A stretch of DNA of 18,706 bases from Ginkgo biloba (Eukaryota > Plantae > Ginkgophyta): contig JANKJI020000004.1 of the NCBI GenBank assembly GCA_024626585.2, positions 96,105,133-96,123,838 of the forward strand, given 5' to 3'. Of this stretch, positions 9,779 through 18,706 are shown in pieces. The notes below the pieces were generated by a model. That model was not told where the DNA came from. It did no database searches and was given only the letters and a program-made list of their open reading frames with translations. Each line of letters starts with the position of its first letter. Positions within the stretch are counted from its first letter, which is position 1. Position numbers and translations under genes: made by a program.

Positions 9779-10773
9779 TTACTTCTTTGTCGAGGCTTTA
9801 TCACACCTTTTCTTGTTAGGGAAATTTGAAGCTGGATGGCCTGGTTGATTGCATAAGACACAATTTCTCTGTTCTGCCATTTTAAGTATCATGAAACTGC
9901 TTCTATTCAGAGGTTGCTTTGTGAAATTTATCTTTGAAGTTTTGCCTGTGTTGCATTGGCTTGCAATTTCTGTAATCTCTTGTACCTGTAAAAGGTCTCC
10001 AGAGTTATCAATCACGATTCTTCATGCACACCTTTCACTTTCAAAGCTTTATAAGTAGGGGGTTCTGTTAAAGCTGCAGTTGTTTGATAGATGATTTTAG
10101 TCCTTCAAGAGAATGGTAAACTGGGTAGCATATAGGCATCTCTAGGATCCGGCAAAGAGATTTCAATTTTTTTAAAAGAAGTTACGAGTAAGTATATGGG
10201 CCCAGTCATTGTGGGGAGCATATCTTTGCTTCATGAGAACTTTCATTTCTCCCTGGAAACATCCCTCAACTTCTTGTTTGCTTTTGTCATGATCCCGTTA
10301 TACAAAATCAAAACAAAGCCTTTAAGTGAGAACCACACCATCAACAACTTCTTTCATGCCAAAATATAGGTGTTGGAGTAGTTTTATACTGCCTGGATCT
10401 AATCTTTGAATTCTGCTTGAGCCCGTTGGCCATTAAATTCTTGTGTGTTGATTGATTTGGGATGCTTAGTGTTTTCCACCAAGTTCCATTAAGCTCTTTG
10501 TCTTTCCTGTTCATTGACATCAACATTCAATACTATTTAAATTTTATCAATAAAAAGAGATTAACTGGGTTCTTTTAAAGCTTACTCTTTGTCAACTCCA
10601 TTTCTTACCACATGGGGATTTTGAATCTCCTATATTTTTCTCTAGTATGTCTTCAATTACTTTCCTTTTCAGAGCCTCTTCATCTCTTGTTTGAGCCCAT
10701 TTCTTTGGATCTCAAGGAGTCCTAGCAACTACACATTCTTCCTTTCAACTCTACCGTGGGATTAATTCCCATT
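9779..10773 (-). pseudogene. gag: Decayed Ty3/Gypsy gag (Retrotrans_gag capsid region plus CCHC zinc knuckle)
   Basis: Directly downstream of a PBS. Translation: EFNGQRAQAEFKD*IQAV*NYSNTY..KKLLMVWFSLKG..VSREK/MKVLMKQRYAP (about 10440-10214), matching the gag F-x-G...W...F...W..MK..MK.RY.P pattern, and CVLCNQPGHPASNF (9862-9821), a CX2CX4HX4C knuckle with the last Cys TGC>TTC. Confidence 0.85.
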
Positions 10774-10786
10774 GGCTCTAATACCA
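10774..10786 (-). promoter_or_regulatory. tRNA-iMet primer-binding site
   Basis: Minus strand TGGTATTAGAGCC, 12/13 to TGGTATCAGAGCC, 1 nt after LTR end ..TGTTACA. Confidence 0.9.
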
Positions 10787-10787
10787 T

Positions 10788-11863
10788 TGTAACATATCCA
10801 AACCTGTATCCTGCAATCAGCCATTTGCCCAAAAAACCAAGATATGAACATCCACGTTCTTCTCCATTTTTTTTGTTGGGCGTGGTCTGGCTAAGATTTG
10901 CAACGTGTTAAGTACAACTTCCTCAATTGCCAGGCATTGGGGAACCACCATACATGCTTCACGCACATGTTTGGCACCAAAGTCCATTGGCTGCATCCAG
11001 TCCTTTTCTGTACTAGATTCCTTTACACCCAAACATCTGCGTGTGTGCAGGCTAGCACCTAACCATATGTGTAAGAGCATCAAATTGACTATCAAACATT
11101 TTCTTATGCAAATGCACCATATAATCCAAGAACAACCTTTCATGCAACAAGGGCTTATGAAAATACCTCCTATTTTTAAATCAATGTATAATCAACAATA
11201 CCAACATGTACTAAATAAATCATTTTAAAAAATGACTTACCAATAGTTACCTACATGAATATCCCAAATGTCTTTAATTGATTATTTCATTATTCATCGA
11301 CCTATAATTACAAGTTAGCATGAATTTTTAGCATAGATAGTGAGATTCAACTCATGTTTAGTTGCCTGCAAAGATGTGTGTTTGTTCTCTGTCAATAATC
11401 CTTCTCTTAACCTTCTATGTATTGGAGGCACCGCAGTTGAGACATATGCTCTTGATTCGAGTGCAGATGAGATATTATGCCATATATTTCTTTATGGATG
11501 GGATCTACTATTCCTCCCAATTTGAGGTTCTCAGAGATCTTATGGAAGATATTTCCTGATGGATGAGCTCTNNNNNNNNNNNNNNNNNNNNNNNNNNNNN
11601 NNNNNNNNNNNNNNNNNNNNNNNNNNNNNNNNNNNNNNNNNNNNNNNNNNNNNNNNNNNNNNNNNNNNNNNCCAAACATTTTAAACCTTGGAAAAATATA
11701 CCATAAACTTGCACTAATCACAGCGATACGCATACTAACATCCAGGGTCTAAACCCCCCTAATTCTGCCATAAATCAGCCATATCTGCATGATAATAGAG
11801 GTCAAACCCTAACAGAATTACGAGGACAGTAAATCAACACTAAATGCAAGAGTCCAGGTTACA
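10788..11863 (-). mobile_element. 5' LTR of the minus-strand Gypsy element (distal boundary tentative)
   Basis: The proximal end is fixed by the PBS (plus strand TGTAAC at 10788-10793). A matching inverted terminus GTTACA lies at 11858-11863. The span includes a 100-N gap, so the distal end is not proven. Confidence 0.5.
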
Positions 11864-11980
11864 GGAATACAAAAATTATTGGCAAGCTGATTCCCAACAG
11901 GTTGATTTGTTTCTATGCTCAGGTGGTTTGGAGCAGGTTAAATCTGTAAGGAAGCTCCCCAGATATTGACTACAATTACT

Positions 11981-12159
11981 CAAGTGTTGATTGAGAAGAA
12001 CATCAAGAAAAATGAGGAAGTTGTAATGTGGGCACCAGAAGTATTCCACCATTGTATGCTTGCATGCCAAGTGCAGATTTGGAAGAACATTAGGCAAATA
12101 AGGAACATGTAATGTGGGCATCACAATCAGAAGTATTCCGTGCTTGTATGCTTGCATGC
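11981..12159 (+). repeat. Tandem duplication, two diverged units (87 and 92 bp)
   Basis: 11981-12067 and 12068-12159 share CAAGTG, GAAGAACAT, TGTAATGTGGGCA, CAGAAGTATTCC and TTGTATGCTTGCATGC in order. Confidence 0.9.
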
Positions 12160-13886
12160 ATGAATGTGCGTGCACCCAACCACACACATGAGTGTATAAA
12201 ATGAGGGTATCAAAATGGCTATTTGTCCATTAAATGCATATGAATAATATGATAAGCAAAATTTTAATTTTGAATGGGTTGAAAATACAATTAAGAATAA
12301 CTTCTACTTCAAACCAAAGGTCAGCTCAATAATAACCTGAAAGTAAAATATCAATAAAATGATGTTTTATATATATTGGTAAAATATTAATACTTCAAAT
12401 CATTCTCTTTCCAGAAATGATGGGTCCATCATTGTCTCTAAGATGGGTTAACACAAACTTAAATTAAAAAATAAATATTATGAGTAGTACAGAATAATAA
12501 TTAAAGACATAAAAATAATATGAAATACCAAATAATATGTCTTTACTGTACTATTCTCTATATTATATCAAAACTTTTCTCTTTAAGGTTGAACACAACT
12601 TAAACTTAGTATTTGGTGACATGGTTATGGTGATTATTGGTTTGGATGATTATGTCATAAAAAACATTTACTGTGGCAATTGTTTGCCATGGCTTTGTAC
12701 TAGTATTAATATAATAAAGGTATATTTAATCATGTCAAAGTTATATTAAAATATGATATAATTACTATTAAAAGATCNNNNNNNNNNNNNNNNNNNNNNN
12801 NNNNNNNNNNNNNNNNNNNNNNNNNNNNNNNNNNNNNNNNNNNNNNNNNNNNNNNNNNNNNNNNNNNNNNNNNNNNNNNNNNNNNNNNNNNNNNNNNNNN
12901 NNNNNNNNNNNNNNNNNNNNNNNNNNNNNNNNNNNNNNNNNNNNNNNNNNNCTAAATTGAATGTATGTACCATGCACAATAAGACAACCAAGAGGGAAAA
13001 CTCTTGTACAAGCTATTGTTGGTTACTAATCCTCAAATGTCATACTGGCTTGTAGCTAACTAGGGAATTCAAGCAATTCAGTGCCTGTAGTAATTACTTG
13101 ATATGTGGCGATAACTCCTAACTCACAATGGTCAACATTTAATACTGACTGTTTATTGGGGTTAACATCTGCCCTATCTTTTCTTTTGCGTTTGGTTGGG
13201 GTGCTATGTACTGCTGGTGTTGATGCTGAGTAACTGTAACAGTTGCTTGATAGAGTTGGGCCTGCTTTCCCTTATATATCTTCAATGTTTGCTTAAATTC
13301 TCTATAGTTGAATTGACCATTGGGTCGTGCTCTTTTATCCTCGTGCGTATGTCAGTCTCCATCTCATGAGGTACTTTAATTTGTTATCAAATTTATCCAA
13401 AAATTCCTGTGTATGGGACTCAGTAGCTGTCACAATTGTCTGTATCTTTTCTTTTACATAACATTCTGGTGCTCCTTTTCAAATTGAAACCAGTTACACT
13501 GTCATCTATTCTAAGTGTTTTGCATGTCAGCGAGATGAAATGTCAAGCATTTTTCAATGATAACTTTGTTGGAATGATAAAGACAATGAAATGACGGGAA
13601 AAGATTTCATGATGTAATATAGGAGAGTAGGTCTTGAGGGCAAACAAACTTGGGTGTTAGTTATTTGTTTTGATTTGCAAGTGGTAGATATGTACACTTA
13701 TGAATCCCTTAAATAAGCATGTGTACACTCTGTTAGTGTAAATGTAGCACTGACTTTTATTTTATGTTATTTGAAACCAATTATTTATGTTTGATGCTAT
13801 TTTATTTATCGAATTTTTATTTGTAACTTTGCAGGCAGTCTCATGTGATTAAATATTTATTTATGCCATTTCTTATCGCTTGCTAG

Positions 13887-15080
13887 TACAGGGTGAACAG
13901 AGAAGTGATAGTACAGTTGTGGATCCTTCCCCAAACAAGTTGAAGGCAGAGAGATTAGAGCAGGGCGAGCAGAGGAGTGGCAGTACAATCGTGGATGCCT
14001 CTAATGAACCAAAGGTTGAAAGAATGGAGATGGTTGAGCAGAGGAGTGACTGTACCATTATGGACGTTGTCTCATATGAACCAAGGCTAGGAAGATTGGA
14101 GAAACGTAAACGGTCTCGAAACTGGGAGCTGCATGAGATCATTCTCCTACTTCAAGCCAAGAAAATTGAGCGGGAAAAATTGGAGTGCAGTTCCTTCAGG
14201 GAAAAGTTTGAGAGTGCATCTGACAAGTGGAAGGCTGTTGTTACCTACCTTTCTGCTCATGGTGTTGAAGACAGGGATGTAAACCAGTGTAGAAGCAAGT
14301 GGGAGAACCTTTACAGTGATTTNNNNNNNNNNNNNNNNNNNNNNNNNNNNNNNNNNNNNNNNNNNNNNNNNNNNNNNNNNNNNNNNNNNNNNNNNNNNNN
14401 NNNNNNNNNNNNNNNNNNNNNNNNNNNNNNNNNNNNNNNNNNNNNNNNNNNNNNNNNNNNNNNNNNNNNNNNNNNNNNNNNNNNNNNNNNNNNNNNNNNN
14501 NNNNNNNNNNNNNNNNNNNNNNNNNNNNNNNNNNNNNNNNNNNNNNNNNNNNNNNNNNNNNNNNNNNNNNNNNNNNNNNNNNNNNNNNNNNNNNNNNNNN
14601 NNNNNNNNNNNNNNNNNNNNNNNNNNNNNNNNNNNNNNNNNNNNNNNNNNNNNNNNNNNNNNNNNNNNNNNNNNNNNNNNNNNNNNNNNNNNNNNNNNNN
14701 NNNNAAAGAGAAGATAGATCCAGAGAAGAGGAGACTGGAATTCGAGAGGGTTAAGCTTCCTGCCGATAGAGAAGTGGGGGATATAGAGGTAGGCTTTGGC
14801 AACAAAAGAAAGCCGAATGCAGGTTCTTCCAACTGGCTTGCAGCTATGGGAGAGATGAATACTCCTTTGCAATGTCCTTTGCAGGATGTGGAACTAGCGA
14901 AGGTTAGCCAACAGGAGCAGATGTTAGAGTTGGAAAGAGAGAAGATAGAGTTGAAGAAAAGAAAGCTGGAAATTGAGAGACANNNNNNNNNNGGCTGCAG
15001 AAAGGGAAGACCGTAAAAAAATTATTGGGATTCTTGCATCTCTTGCAAAGACTTTTGAACGGCTCTCAGAAAAGATTTGA
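13887..15080 (+). CDS. Trihelix (Myb/SANT-like DNA-binding, Myb_DNA-bind_4 type) transcription factor, SH4/ASR3-like clade; start uncertain, middle hidden in gap
   Basis: RSRNWELHEIILLLQAKK..DKWKAVVTYLSAHGVEDRDVNQCRSKWENLYSD (about 14102-14322) has the three Trp and the QCxxKWxNLxxD signature. C-terminal coiled coil EQMLELEREKIELKKRKLEIER. After the 10-N gap, the shifted frame reads AAEREDRKKIIGILASLAKTFERLSEKI* (TGA 15078-15080), resembling from memory the ASR3-type ending LVAVLNKLADA..KIADK. No stops in sequenced parts. Candidate acceptors end at 13886 or 13891; first in-frame ATG is 14024. Confidence 0.9.
13889..14101 (+). repeat. Three in-frame tandem repeats (72, 69, 72 bp) N-terminal to the trihelix domain
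   Basis: QGEQRSDSTVVDPSPNKLKAERLE / QGEQRSGSTIVDASNEPKVERME / MVEQRSDCTIMDVVSYEPRLGRLE, starting at 13889, 13961 and 14030. Confidence 0.9.
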
Positions 15081-15454
15081 GCGTAGGATATCATGATTCC
15101 AAAATTTTAGGGTATTGTCATTTTGCCATGGATCTATGGAAGTTTTGACATTCAAATATGATTGTGTTATGGAGAGAACAAATACCTTCTTAAACTGTGT
15201 TCTTATGTGAGAGAGTTGCCTTGCGATTGGCAATATGTTCTTGACATATCTGTTTTTGAGAAAGTTTCACATGAATGCAGTGTAGTATAATAAAGAGCAA
15301 AAAAGCTCTGCCTGCATTTCGGACGAAATCCTTCGGTTTATTTGTATGCGGCCAGTTGGTAATGTTTGAATTTGGCATGTTTCTCCACGTTTCATGGAGG
15401 CTTTTTCTCAAATGTTGCCTCTGAAGGATATCCCTATCTGAAGTAACTGTGGTT

Positions 15455-15715
15455 CTTCACAGTTTGGCTTGCTTTGAGATGTGGAAGCAAAAAACAGGCC
15501 GATTCTTTAGCTGCCACTGTTTATGAATCAAGAATTTGTTCATGAGTAAAGGGATTGGAAACCCTATAATGCTGTTTTTGCTTGCCATGCTTTATAGACT
15601 TCATGGTTTTTATTTGGTTTGGGAGATGCAGTAAGAACATAGGACGATTCTTTAGCTGCTATTGTTTACAAATCAATTTGTACAAAAGTGACTAGAAAAC
15701 CTATAACTTGATTTT
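15455..15715 (+). repeat. Diverged tandem duplication (145-bp period) downstream of the trihelix stop codon
   Basis: CGATTCTTTAGCTGC exact at 15500-15514 and 15645-15659; flanking GAGATG, TGTTTA..AATCAA and CCTATAA are shared in order. Confidence 0.8.
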
Positions 15716-16347
15716 CCCTAAGCATACTTGTCACTTTGAATTAGATATCTAGTGCCATTGTCCATCCATATGAATTACTAGTTCCAGTTCATAATAAAAT
15801 GACAAGTTTGTAATGTTAGTTACTAGTCCATTAGTAGAATAACTTTCATAATCATTAAACATTAATTAATGATTATTAATAGTTAAATATTATTAAATGA
15901 AGGGTNNNNNNNNNNNNNNNNNNNNNNNNNNNNNNNNNNNNNNNNNNNNNNNNNNNNNNNNNNNNNNNNNNNNNNNNNNNNNNNNNNNNNNNNNNNNNNN
16001 NNNNNATTAAGGAAAAGGTCTTTTACATCTTCATGAGTATAAGTTAAGGCCAAACATTATTACATTATCAGTGGTACAAGCACAAATTTTGCCTTTGTTC
16101 ATTTACAAATTAATTTTAGTATTTTTTAATACGGATGGATGGATGCTTAAATTTTCAAATACAATATAGATATTCATACTATATCTAAGTAAATGAGTAG
16201 TCAATTGTTCAAGTTAATTCTATTCAATAAAAAGTAATAAAAGAAGTTTAGGGCAACTTTTTTCAGATTTGTTTGGTATTGACTTTTTAGTTGGATTGGT
16301 ACATGATTTTTGGTATTATCTTTTGACTAATGACATTGTAAGGTTGT

Positions 16348-16387
16348 ATGGTCTCTTAGGTTTATATATATAAACTTAAGAGACCAT
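16348..16387. repeat. Near-perfect 40-bp palindrome centred on a TA run
   Basis: ATGGTCTCTTAGGTTTATAT|ATATAAACTTAAGAGACCAT; arms match 19/20. Confidence 0.95.
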
Positions 16388-17701
16388 CCGCTCCCTCATG
16401 GCTAAATATTATTGGTTAATGACTTTGTAAATATTAATTGGAAACTAAAGTTTTCAACCATTTATTCACCTATTTATATCCATTCACCCATCCATATGCA
16501 TAAAATGTTTGAAACCTATTAACTATATCCTCAACTATTGTTGGCCCTATATTTATAATGGCTAACTCAATATTTACCTATAGTCAAATTCAAAAATTAT
16601 AAACAATATTGATAAGAGCTACGTAATGGCAAGTCCCTTTCCTCTTTTAAGAAAAAATTAAACATGAAAATTAAGAAAATGATTAAAGACAAACAAAAAA
16701 ATCAAGAACAAGGTTAGAGATATGTATTTGATTAGTGATATGACTTTGAGATAAGTTAGTCAAGATACATGAATCATGTGTCCCTTCCTATTAAGTTTCT
16801 ATTATCTAGACTCTNNNNNNNNNNNNNNNNNNNNNNNNNNNNNNNNNNNNNNNNNNNNNNNNNNNNNNNNNNNNNNNNNNNNNNNNNNNNNNNNNNNNNN
16901 CGTAATCATAGGTGGTGTTTGTTAATTTATAGATTAGATAACCTTTAGGAAAGCATGTTGGTTGCCTATTGAGTATGTGGTGCAATAAATAAAAGAAAAT
17001 ACAACATCTGGAATACATAGAGAGGTGCTATGAACATGCTACTTTCACCAACGTATTCATGTATCCTCAATAAATCCCAAGGTTTTAGCCTAGATTGGAA
17101 CATACTCTATTCTATTACAAGAGGAAACCATGATATAAGATGATTCGATAATGGATGATTGTTGTTATATGCTTCCCCCTACAATTGCTTGCCTTGTGGC
17201 TATAAATACTGATGACAATGACTTTGCCTTGCTATGCATGGAATTATACACACAAGCTGCCTTATTTACAAACTAACTTTTTTGAGTCATTATATACTCT
17301 TTCAAGTAATTACATTTATAATAAAGGGTGATGCAGTGCTACAACCATTGAGTAATATTATCATGATCAAACTTATTACAATCAAAGAGAACTAGGTAAA
17401 AGATGGAAGTGCTATGACTAGAGAACGAACTGCATCAATCTGACTGGAGCACAAATCGATAATCAACATTGCTTCAGCCAGATAAGAACCCAACCCAACT
17501 GCAGTCGATGTTCAATAGTGACAGCATGATGCACCATTCTTTTGGCATACGTATCGGCAATCACAAGCGCTGATCGTCCCCGTTCAACTTTCAAAATTCA
17601 AAATTTTCAATATGCTCAGTGCTTTAGCTGCACCCTTTGACAATTTTGGATTTGGAAATATGATTTTTGGGGTTTGAAGTCAATGTGAATGCCAGGTGGA
17701 A

Positions 17702-18265
17702 TGTTGTGTCCCAAGTCACAACCTTGGCCTAAATCAGGAGTTAGGAAGTGAAATCCTTAAGTTATGGGTTAAACATGCGTAAATTTAACCCAAAATAGTA
17801 CTAAAAGAGCCTTATAACCAAGGCCCAAGTGTAATTAGCTAAAAGTCTCTTTAGGACCAAAGACTCACCTCTTATCCAAGTGTTATGACTCTTGAAATAA
17901 GGTGCCTAACTGTAAAGTATGAAAGGGCCTTATTTCATTTCTTTTTCATCATCCATTCATCATCATCTATCTATTTTTCTTCTTTTTTAGAAGATTTTTC
18001 CTACTTTAGGTAGTAAGTGCTCCTAATTTAATGATTATTTATAGGTGTAAGGTGCCCCACACAATTCTTTTCTCTGAAGTATTTTATAGTTTAATTATAT
18101 TTTGATAATTTGATATTATCGTGCTATTAGATTATCGTGATTATATGATATTTTCAAGTGTATATGATTGGATATTAGTTCTTAATATGGCATGATACAT
18201 TATTTGAATTTATAAATTATTGTTCTCTCTATATTATTTAGTAGTTTCTTATTTAGGTCACTACA
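17702..18265 (+). mobile_element. 5' LTR of a Ty3/Gypsy element (start tentative)
   Basis: TGTTGTGTCC ... GGTCACTACA (8/10 inverted termini), internal CT-rich block, followed by AG + PBS and a gag-like frame. Confidence 0.7.
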
Positions 18266-18267
18266 AG

Positions 18268-18278
18268 TGGTATAAGAG
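18268..18278 (+). promoter_or_regulatory. tRNA-iMet primer-binding site
   Basis: TGGTATAAGAG, 10/11 to TGGTATCAGAG, 2 nt after the terminal CA. Confidence 0.85.
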
Positions 18279-18307
18279 ATTTAACAATCCCAAACTAAGA
18301 AGAGTAT

Positions 18308-18706
18308 ATGGTATAAACAAAACAAGAAAAAGAAATGGAGATAAAGGAAAAAAATCACAGAATGGCATATTACTACCTATGAGAAATTAGATTCTAAGAT
18401 TAATGATATTGACATCAAAATAGATAAAAAGATAAACATAATGGATTAAAAGATAAATGCAATAGATGCCAAGATTAATCTAATCCTCGCATGAATCATT
18501 CCATCAACATAAGGTATTATCAAAAGTTTAAGCGACTAGATGTTTTTTCACTAAGAAGAAGAAGACGCCCAGGAGATGCAAAGGAGAACTAATAAAAAAT
18601 GAGGCTAGATCATCTAGGAAAGTAATAAAATTATTGCATACAACTTACAATTAAAAATCCTAAACTATAAATTCAATAGTCCGATTGAACCATATGAATG
18701 GGTGAA
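18308..18706 (+). pseudogene. gag: Decayed gag N-terminus, running off the window
   Basis: ATG 30 nt after the PBS: MV*TKQEKEME (MVxTR-like start), then heptad stretch YEKLDSKINDIDIKIDKKINIMD*KINAIDAKINLILA*, then LKILNYKFNSPIEPYEWV, resembling the gag P-x-F-x-G..DP..W motif. Contains stops and frameshifts. Confidence 0.65.

Larger units (their letters stand above)
1994..16900. other. Twelve assembly gaps (N-runs)
   Basis: 1994-2249, 3802-3901, 4906-5311, 6344-6443, 8651-8689, 9252-9351, 11572-11671, 12778-12951, 14323-14704, 14983-14992, 15906-16005, 16815-16900. Confidence 0.98.

Noticed and set aside
9821-9862. Caulimovirid coat-protein zinc finger (endogenous pararetrovirus)
   Set aside because: It lacks the extra Cys of CxCx2Cx4Hx4C and sits in an LTR-PBS-gag arrangement typical of Gypsy.
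13887-15080. Myb/SANT ORF of a PIF/Harbinger transposon
   Set aside because: No DDE nuclease ORF, TIRs or TAA/TTA TSD seen, and the C-terminus fits host SH4/ASR3-type trihelix factors. A nuclease hidden in an unsized gap cannot be fully excluded.
16944-16976. FRKACWLPIEY resembling the Athila/Tat integrase motif FGKACHLPVE
   Set aside because: Isolated 11-residue match; flanking translations show no further integrase similarity I can recognise.
132-17018. Remaining short or N-spanning ORFs in the track (e.g. 132-320, 2977-3429, 10817-11143, 10905-11228, 14147-14872)
   Set aside because: No recognisable domains. They are inflated by N-runs, lie in LTR DNA, or are antisense shadows of real coding regions.
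16482-18706. 15/16 inverted match between CATATGAATGGGTGAA at the window end and about 16482-16498
   Set aside because: Matches of this length are expected by chance in 18 kb of AT-rich sequence, and it does not extend.

Overview
AT-rich, CpG-depleted plant nuclear DNA from a gappy draft assembly (12 N-runs, about 1.85 kb; five are exactly 100 N and probably unsized). The style of the elements suggests a large-genome land plant, possibly a gymnosperm, but this is an impression only. Most of the window is nested, decayed Ty3/Gypsy LTR-retrotransposon debris. It includes several LTR ends with tRNA-iMet primer-binding sites, a stop-riddled RT-RNaseH-integrase fragment (6445-7586, +), a minus-strand LTR-PBS-gag unit (11863 to 9779) and a plus-strand LTR-PBS-gag start at the right edge. 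The only convincing host gene is a trihelix (Myb/SANT-like) transcription factor of the SH4/ASR3 type at about 13887-15080 (+). Its true C-terminus is missed by the ORF track because of a 10-N gap. Its architecture is unusual: three 23-24 aa N-terminal repeats and an apparently duplicated coiled-coil module. Other notable signals are a templated inverted insertion in the dead pol gene that preserves an ancestral codon, an array of alternating-orientation GTTCG(A/T)CGAAC palindromes at 21-bp spacing, and an LTR flanked by both PPT and PBS. I see no evidence for a wholly new multi-gene system. All identities were counted by eye; no database searches were run.
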